A DNA stretch of 20,512 bases from positions 372,001 through 392,512 of the forward strand of contig BAAIJX010000019.1 of NCBI GenBank assembly GCA_054600435.1. The letters are read 5' to 3'. The position numbers and the translations under genes are program-made. Numbering within the stretch: the first letter of the stretch is position 1; each line of letters opens with the position of its first letter. Below the pieces are notes generated by a model. It searched no databases. It was not told where the DNA came from and saw only the letters and a list, made by a program, of their open reading frames with translations. Positions 10,039 to 19,855 of the stretch are shown one piece after another. The stretch comes from Neophaeotheca triangularis. Taxonomy: Eukaryota.

Positions 10039-10627
10039 TTACTCGTTGATCTTGGCGAGGAGTCTGGAATAGGCGTGTTAGGAGAACCTTTATAGAGAGC
10101 ATCCGGGGACTGCGACTTACTCGTGGTCCCTGAAAAGAGAGTACTCCTCTTCGCCGACCTTGACGGGGCTGCCACCGAACTGAAAGGGTGTGTTAGCGTT
10201 TTGTGACTTTGAAAACCGTAGCGAGCCACTATTCCACCACGTTCCTGTACAGAAGTCAAGCTCTTCCCCCCTCGTCCACATCTACCATCCCGCGAGACAC
10301 CCGCAGCTTCCCCATCCCAGCAAGAAACCTCTTTCAACTCACCTGAGGAATCAACACCTTATCCCCAGCAGCAACATTCATCGCAATGCGCTTGCCCTCC
10401 CTGTCCTGCATACCAGGGCCCACAGCCAGTACTTTAGCCTCGTTGAGGTCCTTGATGGCCGTCTCGGGCAAGAAGATGCCGCCGGCAGTCTTGGGCTCGG
10501 CTTTTATGCGCTGCACGAGCACGCGGTCGAGGAGGGGAGCGAGCGACTTGATGGATTTGATGGCGGACTTTTGGGGGGTTAGCGTTGCGGATGAGTGACG
10601 GTTGGGTAGGAGGCTTTGGCCTACCAT
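10039..10627 (-). CDS. HSP10: 10 kDa mitochondrial co-chaperonin (GroES family, 103 aa), exons 10627-10625, 10567-10343, 10179-10121, 10063-10039
   Basis: Spliced product M-SAIKSIKSLAPLLDRVLVQRIKAEPKTAGGIFLPE...AVGPG...GDKVLIPQ-FGGSPVKVGEEEYSLFRDHE-LLAKINE*. Three GT..AG introns with (G/C)CTAAC branch sites; total 312 nt. Confidence 0.96.
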
Positions 10628-10756
10628 TTTGAAGGTGTGTTGTTGAAAGAGTGGGTTATTGAGGGCGTGTGGTGGTATGCGACTGGCGAGGAGGTGATTG
10701 AGTTGTCGAGTAGCACGGTGGCTTCCAGGGGGATATATGCGGATGTCGTCGAAGAT

Positions 10757-10771
10757 CTTCTAGAATCTCCA
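10757..10771. promoter_or_regulatory. Putative heat-shock element in the HSP10 / WD40 divergent promoter
   Basis: cTTCtaGAAtcTCCa = alternating nTTCn/nGAAn units, the third imperfect, about 130 bp upstream of the HSP10 ATG. A STRE-like AGGGG is at 10727-10731. Confidence 0.55.
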
Positions 10772-10876
10772 AACGGGAGGCACGGACCAGGTATAATAGA
10801 AAGAAGCTACGCCCGACCTCAATCGCCGGCGGCCGAGTTCGGAAAAGTAAACACTGCATCTCCGACATTAGTAGTG

Positions 10877-12171
10877 ATGTCGCCCTCACCACCACAACCA
10901 CCTCAAACCTCACCGCCCCTATCTACAGCTCCACCCCTCACTCCCCACCTCGTCGCCAGCACCGGCAACCTCACCCAAGATGACTCCACCGACATCTACT
11001 ACCAAGACGCTCAATGGACCCCCGACGGCACAACCCTCCTAACCCACACCTCGGACCAAAAGCTGTCGACCTACATTCTCCCACCCGACCTCCTAAGCTC
11101 CCACTCCCCACAAAGCCTCCAACCTTACCTTAGCACCCCCTGCCCAACCCGCATTCAAGCAACCACCCCCTATCCTTTCTACAACCTTCAAGAACCCTCG
11201 ACCACGCTCCTCCTATCCAGCCCCACGGCGCTCCCCATTCGGCTCACAAACACCGTCTACCCGCACACCCACGCCAGTTACCCATACATCAACCCCTCGA
11301 CGGAGGCCTACATCGCACCCTCGGCTCTGCGCTTCACTAGGGATGGCAGACACTTCATCGCCGGGCAGCGGGACGCGCTGGCAATTTTCGACGTGTCTCG
11401 TGATGGCTCCGGGCCTGTGCAGAGCTATGCTACGACTGTGAGTAGGAAAGCGAAGAAGCTGTATGGAGCGCGGAGTATGGGATGCGGCGGGAAGATCATG
11501 GGGTTGGATGTGTCGGGCGAAGAGGGTTGGTTGGCGGTTGGGACTACGGAGAGGGACGTCGCTGTGTATGGGGGTGAGGGCAGGGGGGAGTGCGTCACGG
11601 CTTTGAACTTGAAAGGATTGCGAGGTGGGGGCACGGGGGTCATGCAGGTGAGGTGGTGTGAGGGGGCTAGGTATTTGGTTGTGGCTGAAAGGCAGAGTGA
11701 GGTCGTCAGAGTTTTGGATGTCAGGGGTGGGTTTAGGTTACTGGGAAGTTTGGAGGGGAGGAGAGCGGATACGACGCAGAGATTGGGGGTCGATGTTGTG
11801 AGTACTGCCGAAGGAGAGGAGGTGTGGGCAGGGGGCACTAATGGGTTCGTGAGAGGGTGGAAGGGGGTGGGAGATCTGGAGGGAGATAGGGGGCCGGATT
11901 TTGAGTGGAAGTTGCATGATGGTGAGTTATTCTCCGGACTTTTGACTCCTTTTCGTTCTCTTTGTGCGAGAGCTGCTACGCTGACTACGCAGATGCTGTT
12001 TCGAGTGCCGCTTGGCATCCCGGTGGAGCGGTATTGGCGACTTGCTCAGGACAGCGGCACTTCCCAGCTGCTCTGGAAGAGGACAGTGAAAGCTCTTCGT
12101 CTGCATCCGACGAGTCCTCGGTCGCAACGCAAACCCACGGCGAGAGCTCGCTCAAAGTGTGGAGTTTTTAA
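10877..12171 (+). CDS. WD40 protein of the TCAB1/WRAP53 (WDR79) / yeast Swt21 family (~407 aa), exons 10877-11921 and 11993-12171
   Basis: Family-like motifs AQWTPDGTTLL, PIRL.N, YINPSTEAYIAP.AL.F, G.GV.Q..W....YL...ER.S, TTQRLGVD and AWHP.G.VLATCSGQRHF. A 71-nt GTGAGT..GCTGAC..CAG intron (11922-11992) joins the last WD repeat in frame. Start codon inferred as the first in-frame ATG after the promoter. Confidence 0.8.
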
Positions 12172-12424
12172 AAGAGGCCTCAACCTGTGCGCCGAGAATC
12201 ACCGTAGCATATACGGGAACAGTAATTTGGTCTTGTAAGAATCAGCCGCGAAGGCATCTCCAGTTGTGTCATGCTACACCTCCCGAATTAATCACACATT
12301 TGCAAGGAGCTTTACCAAGAACAACTCGACCAACTTGCTGATGACAATGGCAATTCGCCTGAGCTGTCACTGTGATCTGAAGAAACTGCAGCTGCATTCC
12401 AGCATCGTGAAAGAAACTCCCCGC

Positions 12425-13171
12425 ATGCCATTCACTCCATTTTGCGCCTCGTCAAACAACCTGTCCGGGGCACAAACACCCATGGACTATCTCTCCAGGA
12501 CACGCAATCTTCACCTCGCCAGGCGTCTCAGCAAACAGCGAAGAACACTTTCCCGAACCCGACCATCCGGGACCCACACCGCCGGGACAACCGCAATAGA
12601 AGACGATGAGAGCGAGATGGTAGACTACGGCTACGGTCGCACTCCAAGAGGCACAAAAAGTGCCACTTTCCCTTTCGGAGGCGACTGCCATCGCTCTATT
12701 GGCGAGAAGTTCGCGTACCTGAATTTGGAAGTCATTACCGCTAGAAGAGAGGGGGTGCCTGCTACGGATTACAGTACGATTTTCTCGCGACCGCTGGAGC
12801 CGGCGGAGATTGGCAGGGGGAAGACTATAGGAGTATTAAAAACGCTCTGCTCATTTACCCTGCCTAAAGCTTACTTTTCTCCTTACTCCTCCGTTTATAT
12901 CCTCTACCGTAGGCTCACTTCTCTCCTTATTCCTCCGTTTACACCCTCTGCTATAGGGTTGCCGCTCTGCTCCTTTACCCTGCCTAAAGCTCACTCCTTT
13001 CCCTACTCCTCCGTTTATACCCTCTACCGTAGGCTTACCCTTAAGGCTCACTTCTCCGCCTATTCCCCTTACCTAAAGCTTACTTCCTTACTTATTCAAT
13101 CTTCCTTGGCTTACTGCCCGCCTACTTCCGACAATGTCTGGTTCATTAAAGGAGGTATAATGCGTAGCTGA
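12425..13171 (+). CDS. Hypothetical ORF; the 5' part (to ~12835) looks gene-like, the 3' part runs through a RIP-mutated repeat
   Basis: Open frame from ATG 12425 (MPFTPFCASS..MDYLSRTRNLHLARRLSKQRR..) with the same C-rich to G-rich drift as neighbouring genes. No recognisable domain; composition changes abruptly at ~12836. Confidence 0.3.
   Translation: MPFTPFCASSNNLSGAQTPMDYLSRTRNLHLARRLSKQRRTLSRTRPSGTHTAGTTAIEDDESEMVDYGYGRTPRGTKSATFPFGGDCHRSIGEKFAYLNLEVITARREGVPATDYSTIFSRPLEPAEIGRGKTIGVLKTLCSFTLPKAYFSPYSSVYILYRRLTSLLIPPFTPSAIGLPLCSFTLPKAHSFPYSSVYTLYRRLTLKAHFSAYSPYLKLTSLLIQSSLAYCPPTSDNVWFIKGGIMRS
12843..13038. repeat. Imperfect direct repeat, 76-bp copies at 120-bp period, inside a TpA-rich RIP-like patch (~12830-13310)
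   Basis: 12843-12918 vs 12963-13038 differ at 8 positions, 7 of them C/T transitions. A third partial copy (TCCTCCGTTTA core) is at ~12915-12958. Confidence 0.85.
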
Positions 13172-13426
13172 AGTCTAGTAGAAAAGTAATTGAGGTACTA
13201 ATGAGACGCTAGCTAAGTGAAGGCCTTTAAAAACCATCCCTACAGCTCTGTTATCGACTCGCTCCGACACTCTAGCTGTCAGCTAACAGGGAAACCCTAT
13301 TTAGCAACTGCAGTGTCAGCCGACGTAGGTGCCCGGTCCACCGAAGTCGACAATGTCGCTCGATTCATCGCCGCGTGCAGGCTCACACCTCGCTGAAACC
13401 CCGCTGATCATACAACGTGCCCTTCC

Positions 13427-14257
13427 TCAAATCCTCCATTGCCCGCAATGAATCGTTATCTCCTTACGAATGTCCTGTTCCGTCAGAATTGTGTCGGGCA
13501 GGTAATCGTTGTCCAAGAGATACTTGGCGTGCTTGACGACAGTCTCCAACGAAGCCATGGTTGCCACTTGGCGGACATGACCCTTCCAGAAAGCGAGCCT
13601 CTGGCCCAACAGACAACGCGCGGCCATGTACCTTTACACGGACTCAAAGAGGAGGTCGATGGCTGTATCAGCATACGCACCCGACATCGCGTTCAGATCG
13701 CGTGCTTCTTGCGCAGCGGTGCTCTGCTCTGCAGGGAGGTTGGCGCAACGTTCGTGAATGTGCGGAGCTCTTGCAAAGCGCCCTCGATCTGGGCTTCCGG
13801 GCTCGTCGCGGCGAAGGCGGTCTTGTCGTCGGCGAAGCCCTTAGCCACCTGATACGCATACCCGGCGCAATTGGCGATATTGGCCCAAAATTGCAACATT
13901 ATCAAACAAGACATCAGTGGTAATCGCGCCCGTTCGAAAGAATCGGCCAGGTGGAAATACCGGGCTGGGAATGTTCCTCAAGCGTGTAATGAAACGGGTC
14001 TGTGTCTGTTCTTGTTTTTCGAGCCTCTTTTTAAGCTCCTCCAAATCCCTGTCTTGCTCGCGAACGTCTTCCAAAGTCGCATGGCTTCTACGCTCCCTGT
14101 TCAACTCGATCTGCAGTTTCTCTTTCCCCCTCTTGAGCTCATTCCTCTCTAACGTCAAGGCACCGACCGTCCGACCTACGGGAAGTCGACAAAGACAATC
14201 TGTCAAGCCCGTTATAAAACCCTCCCCGCGGAAGTTTAGAGGTCTCCTGGCACTCAA
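13427..14257 (-). pseudogene. Decayed coiled-coil protein gene (frameshifts and in-frame stops)
   Basis: Protein-like segments in shifting frames: LTLERNELKRGKEKLQIELNRERRSH..LEELKKRLEKQEQ; FWANIANCAGYAYQVAKGF..IEGALQELRTF; QEARDLNAMSGAYADTAIDLLFESV*RYMAARC..LETVVKHAKYLLDNDYLP (in-frame TAA at 13636-13634). Local similarity to the telomere-adjacent relic. Boundaries approximate. Confidence 0.5.
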
Positions 14258-15520
14258 ATTTAACTAAAGAGCTTGTACCCGTTCGGAACTCGATCGATAT
14301 GTGGGATAGAATTCCTTGGTGAAGATGGCCCAAAGAAGCTAGCAAAGCCCACACTTCATGAGCATACCGGCAACCCAATCATCGCAGCGCTGTTTGTAGC
14401 TTCTGCCGCTTATGCGCGCCTGGCCGCTGTCTTGCCTTCCTTTCCTGTCTCCTTCCAGGTAGAGGTACCACCAAAGTTCCATCATCTCTAATTAGCGTGG
14501 CGTATGCGTGAGGCCATGTGCTAAGATGGCGACACGCGCTTCAGAAGTAGACCAATATATCGACCGTCAAGTGCCGCTTCGACGCTGCTGCACATTTTGA
14601 ACACGCGAGCATAAGGGGAAACAGGAGGCCAATAGCGATTGAGCACTTAGAGAGTTGGCTGCATCTTTCGTGCAAGCAACCAGATATCCCCGGGCAGAAC
14701 CCTTGATGACATAGTCCCTCCGTTACGGAGATAAGGCGTTCCAGTTTGTACCCACTACCAAGACGGCTTGCGAGCCTTGTTGTACATCTTCTTTCGCAGT
14801 CGTGTCTTCGTGGCGGCAGCTTGCAAGTTGCCACGCCTTTGATGATGCTTCTCCGCTTCTGCCAAGGGCGCGGCGCTGCTTAGACTGCCTTGGCGTGGAC
14901 GTCGATGTTTCTCGTGGAGACTGGCTCGGTCTTTTCTACGTGGTTTGTATCAATAAGTGCTTCATGACCAACATTACAAACACCATAAGGCCGGTTGTAT
15001 AGTCGAGGTATCTTCCATGCCCGGTAATTCTTAAGGGTTTGAAGTACAGATTAGCAGCAGGCTGGGCCGACATGGTACTTAGTACTGCAGATCACCGGTA
15101 CAGTCTCGTCACTCTCTTGGTACACGTTAGCTATTTGGCTTTCGTAGGCACACCCCGGTCCCTCCATGACAGCTCCCCAAGCGCCTCTAGTGCGGGCACT
15201 TCGGGGTTGCAACCTGGGGTTGTTCCAACAGCATAGCGCCGGAGATCTACAAATCTTCTATCCGTCAAGTCCGGCAAGGGAACTCTAGGCGGCGATATAC
15301 TATCAGCGGCCAACCGGATGAGGAACTGGAGCGGCAAGCATGGGGAAGTGGGCAAAGTAAACACGGGTTTGATGCAACATCGATAAGGGAAGCTGTAGGT
15401 TCTTAAAGCTGCCCGTTTCCCACGGAGGATCAGCGTTGCTTTTGCAAACTTCGCTTCTCTAACACTACCATTTCCCTCTTTCCTCATCTCCCTTGAGCTT
15501 TTTTCTACTAAGGAACTAAG

Positions 15521-17270
15521 ATGGAGTCCACCGGCGAAGCAGCAGACCCCATTCCCAACGGGATCTGGCCTACAGCAAAACAATCCTTCCGCGACCTCTT
15601 CCGTTGGAAGCAGAGAGTAGAGATTCGCAACGAGTACGGGGAGGTACGCACGGAATGGCAGGTGCCGGTGCCTTTACGGAATCCCATCTCACTCTTTGCC
15701 TTACTCTCGCCCTCGGCCTGGCTGTTTTTTGTTGTCGGCTTCCTAGCGTGGACGGCTGACGCCTTTGATTTCCATGCGCTGTCGATTCAGACCGTCAAAT
15801 TAGCCGAGTACTACAACGAAACGAAGACGTCGATTAGCACTGCCATTACGCTTACGTTGCTCTTAAGATCCGTTGGCGCCCTTTTCTTTGGGCTTGCGGG
15901 TGATCGCTTTGGAAGGAAGTGGCCGAGTTAGTATAATCGAGAAAAAATCGAAGCGATTGGCGTTGACTAACATTCTGCCCCCAGTGGTTATTAACATGTG
16001 GATACTGGGACTACTGCAGGTTGCCACCATCTACTCGAACACATTCCAGCAATTTCTAGCTGTACGGGCCCTATTCGGTCTTTTCATGGGTGGCGTTTGT
16101 AAGTCGCTGGTCACCACGGAGCCGTGAAAGAAGAACATGCTAACATCATGTTAGATGGAAACGCAGTAGCCATGGCCCTTGAGAACTGCCCGACTGAGGC
16201 TCGCGGTTTGATGAGCGGTATCCTACAGCAGGGATACTCTTTTGGCTATGTCCTCGCAGCATGCGCCAACCTCGGTGTCGGCGGCGAGGTGGAGACCTGG
16301 AAAACCGTCTTCTGGATTGCCGCAGGACTATCTATTGGCGTTGGCTTCATTCGCATTTTGTTCCCCGAGTCGAAACAGTTCCGCGAGCTGAGAAAAGAAG
16401 GCCACAAGGGCCCCAATGCCAAAGACTTCTGGAAAGAAACAAAGAGCATGCTTGCCGCCGAGTGGAAGATGTGCGTCTACAGCATTATCCTCATGACCTG
16501 GTTCAACTACTACAGCCACACCTCTCAGGACTCCTACACGACGTTTATGCTGACGCAAAAGGGCCTCGACAACCACGATGCTAGCGTCGCATCCATCCTG
16601 ATGAAGACTGGTGCTTGCGTTGGCGGATGTATCATCGGGTACTTTTCGCAATGGTTCGGTCGCCGTAGAGCTATGGTCGTTGCTGCACTCATGTCCGGCT
16701 TCATCATCCCGGCCTGGGTTCTTCCTACTTCGGAGGGCGCCCTTTCAGCCACTGGTTTCATTATGCAGTTTTTTGTGCAAGGCGCATGGGGAGTAATCCC
16801 AATCCACCTCAACGAGCTCTCGCCGCCAGCATTCCGCTCCTCCTTCCCAGGAATCACTTATCAGCTGTAAGTCCAATCGTTCCACCGCTGTTGTAAGCAA
16901 CAGGTTGGCAATGTAACGTATAGCGAGCTAACGCATTCTTCCCTCTAGTGGGAACATGATCTCCTCGCCCTCAGCACAGATCGTAAACGCTATTGCCGAA
17001 TCACACCAGATCTCGGCCGCTGGCGGCAGCAGCGTCCCCGCCTACGGTCCAACAATGGCCGTTGCCACCGCCATCATCGCGCTTGGGATCGCTTTCACCG
17101 TCTCCGTTGGCCCTGAGAAGCGTGGCAGTAAGTTTGAAAGCGCTGTTATTGGACAGCACGCCGCTACTAGCGCGGCTGAGGTCAAGAACGAGGATCTTGA
17201 GACTGGGAGGTCGAAGAGTGTTGAGAGTCACGAGCATACTGAGTACAAGATGGATGAAGAGAAAAAATAG
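15521..17270 (+). CDS. JEN1: JEN1-family carboxylate:H+ symporter (MFS, sialate:H+ symporter family, ~517 aa), exons 15521-15926, 15985-16098, 16155-16866, 16949-17270
   Basis: AWTADAFDF, LLLRSVGA..FG..GDRFGRKWP, FLAVRALFGLFMGGVYG, ARGLMSGILQQGYS.GY, JEN signature NYYSHTSQDSYTT, QGAWGVIPIHLNELSP..FRSSFPG.TYQLGN. Three GT..AG introns (58, 56, 82 nt) restore the frame. Jen1 vs Jen2 specificity cannot be judged by eye. Confidence 0.93.
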
Positions 17271-17912
17271 GAGGGTGAGGGTGAGTGATGGATGATCAAT
17301 CTTTTGTATCACCAGTTGTAGTAGTTCAAGTCCGCATGGCAAGTCGAGGTAAAGTCGGCTACGACAATAACGCCTAGCGACCCGGGGATATAGGACTAGT
17401 CACTATACTAGTAGGAAGAAGAAAACGCAGTCTGTACGTCTATCCATGTGTGTATATTTTCTTCTAAGGTAAAGGTGCTTCGACTTCGATTCCCCTGGGC
17501 CCTAAGAAGGAAGGCACTTGCCCAAGGCACATATCGCCAAGCTCCCCATTTAACCTGCCTACTGTCGGGCTTCACCACGACAAGTCCTCCCATGCTACTC
17601 CGCTAGCAATTCAAACTCCGCACGTATGAAAGCTCGCGCTCGTCTCATGATCCCCAAACTCGCCTTCGTCTCTAGCATTAAGGTCGGCGCCCTTCGTTTT
17701 TCAAGGGTCATCTTAGCGGGATAGGTTGGCGAAAAGGACAGACTAGTGGAGGAGTGACGTAGTGTCGCGTTTGTCTGTTCCCGTTCCTACTCCACTCACC
17801 CATGTCATTCGCCTGTGGTCGCGTTTGTAGGAATTGAGGTCATTAGAGGCGGTACTTAGCTTTAAACGCAAGGGCAATACTGCCGTTAGGATCTAGGTCT
17901 TAATAGGTCTTA

Positions 17913-18743
17913 CTATAGGTATTGTCTATCGCCGAGATGCGCTTCATCATCCTGACCCTCGATCTCTTCTTTTGGTGCATCGGAGTCAAGGTTCAACTCA
18001 TCTTCACCACGAACGTGGACATCATCATCCCATTCTTCTAGCGGCACACCTACCCAAAACTGCTTCATGATCTGCCGCAACTTGGTCTTCCCATCGCTGT
18101 CCACTTTCCCATGCCAATCATAGTCCGCTCCACTTCGTCGTGGGAACTCGTTGTCATCCCACTCTTGCATTGGCACTTCTCGAAAGGCGCCATCACCAAT
18201 TTGCTGCCATTTCCAGTGTTGCCCACGGAAGAACGCCGCGTCTCCGTGCCGAAGGCCGCAATATCCATGAGGTCCATAATGGCCGTTCTCGTCCAAGCGT
18301 ACAACTTCGAAAGATTGTAGAACAGACCCAGGCGCCGGGTCAAAGCTAGGCCGGCCTAGCGATAAGAACGTGATGCCGCCCCGACTCTGCGCGATTAAAT
18401 GCCCACTGCCGCAGTGTCCGAAACAGTCGTTGGAGCGGTAGAAGCGAACTGCGAGGTCCTTGTCATCGTCGCGATGGTCGTTACGGCTGAGGGCACCCGA
18501 GGCGATGATGTCGTCCGTTCTTGTGTGTGAATCCACGAGCTGATCTTCGTGCTCGAGCCATAGACCGAGCTTTAGCGCGAGCGCTTTGCCGGCGAAATGC
18601 GTGAGGCACTGCGAGATGTTACGCTCGTCGAGGCGGTAGGAGCTCAGCGGATTCTCGTTACACTGCGAGTCTGAGCAAAGCGTGATGTTCAGCGCAGCAG
18701 ATGTGCCCGCTACAAATAAGGCTATGATTTTCAGCGATAACAT
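17913..18743 (-). CDS. Secreted protein of unknown function (276 aa, 6 Cys, internal 43-aa repeat); effector-like candidate
   Basis: ATG at 18743, signal peptide MLSLKIIALFVAGTSA, uninterrupted 831-nt frame, normal composition although both flanks are TpA-rich. Confidence 0.75.
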   Translation of the reverse strand: MLSLKIIALFVAGTSAALNITLCSDSQCNENPLSSYRLDERNISQCLTHFAGKALALKLGLWLEHEDQLVDSHTRTDDIIASGALSRNDHRDDDKDLAVRFYRSNDCFGHCGSGHLIAQSRGGITFLSLGRPSFDPAPGSVLQSFEVVRLDENGHYGPHGYCGLRHGDAAFFRGQHWKWQQIGDGAFREVPMQEWDDNEFPRRSGADYDWHGKVDSDGKTKLRQIMKQFWVGVPLEEWDDDVHVRGEDELNLDSDAPKEEIEGQDDEAHLGDRQYL

Positions 18744-18779
18744 AGTACTAGTCAAAGATAAGAGAAGGATAATGTAGGA

Positions 18780-19855
18780 AGTTTCGAGACTAGATAATAG
18801 GTAAGGGTAGGCGTATCTCTTCGTCTAACGTTAGGTCACTAGAGGGTAAAACGCCTTGCTGACTAAGCTGTCTTAGTACCTTAGCGGAGTCTCTATCATG
18901 GTTAGAACGTGACCGCTACTAACCTCTAGCTAAGACACGCTAATTAGCCTAGCAAGTAGGCCGAGGACTCAACCTACTCCTAACTTTACACTTTATATCC
19001 TAAAGCTACGTCCTGTCTTCTAACCTGACCCTTAGGTGACGATTACTATATGTAGACAATTCTATATCTATTCTAACTAGCCTATATACCTACCCTCTAC
19101 ATTAACCGCTGCCTGCCTATAACACGAGTGATTTATAGAGTAAGATCTAGCTAAATTAGCCCTCTAAAGAGATATAGAGCAGTATATAGAATAAGAGTAA
19201 ATATATAAGTAACCTTAGGAGTAATAGTAAATTTAAGTCGTCTAACTAATGCCCTTATCCTCTATAAGCTTCTCGTATAGAGCTTTAACCTCACTATCCT
19301 TCTAGTCGCTTAGCTACTTCTTAATCCTATCCTCCCACGCTAAGCGATCTAGCTCCTCGTCGTTAATTTCAATCTATAGTTAACTAACCTCCTCTTATAG
19401 GTCTAAATTTAGTAGGTAGGCCTTAGCTCGTACTTTCTCCTCCTAATCTACCTAACTATTACGCTCCCCTTTAAGCTTACCTTTTAGTTAGCTGACTTTG
19501 TTATATAGCCCTTGAGAGTGTCATTAGCTTTCTTTTCTACCCTAGTCTTCTATGTCTAATAGCTATTATACTCCTCCTTAACCTCTCCCTTTAGACTCGT
19601 GTTCTTACTCTTAAGCTTATTCCTCCCTAAAGTTAAGGTGTAGACCTCCCGTCCTTTACTGTCTTTACCTATAAGCTTATAGATAGTCTTAGTCTATTAT
19701 TTCGCCTTAGAAACTAGCTCCTTTAGCCTCTTATAATAGTTCTCGGATTCTTTTCCAGCATTTTCGTAATCTTGACGCCATTTACCCCTTTTGCTTTATA
19801 GCATCTTTATAGTCGTCCTATACTTATTCTATAAGTTCTACTACTTCTACTTGTA
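18780..19855. other. Heavily RIP-mutated (TpA-rich, CpA/TpG-depleted) segment
   Basis: Dense TA/TAG/CTA/TAA and near absence of CA/TG, e.g. 19081-19260; AT-richer than the flanking genes. Confidence 0.85.

Noticed and set aside
10180..10342. HSP10 intron 2 is long (163 nt) relative to the other introns here (49-97 nt); possible snoRNA host
   Set aside because: No C/D boxes; ANANNA and ACA occur but without the two-hairpin H/ACA architecture.
10616..10876. N-terminal extension of the 540-aa ORF upstream of ATG 10877 (and its C-terminal read-through of the intron to 12238)
   Set aside because: Starts at a non-ATG codon, overlaps the HSP10 start and the shared promoter; the spliced model gives the conserved WD40 C-terminus instead.
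15150..15335. Four SYGGRG (CreA-like) hexamers upstream of JEN1
   Set aside because: Biologically plausible for glucose repression, but the degenerate 6-mer occurs about once per 250 bp by chance; not supportable without conservation data.
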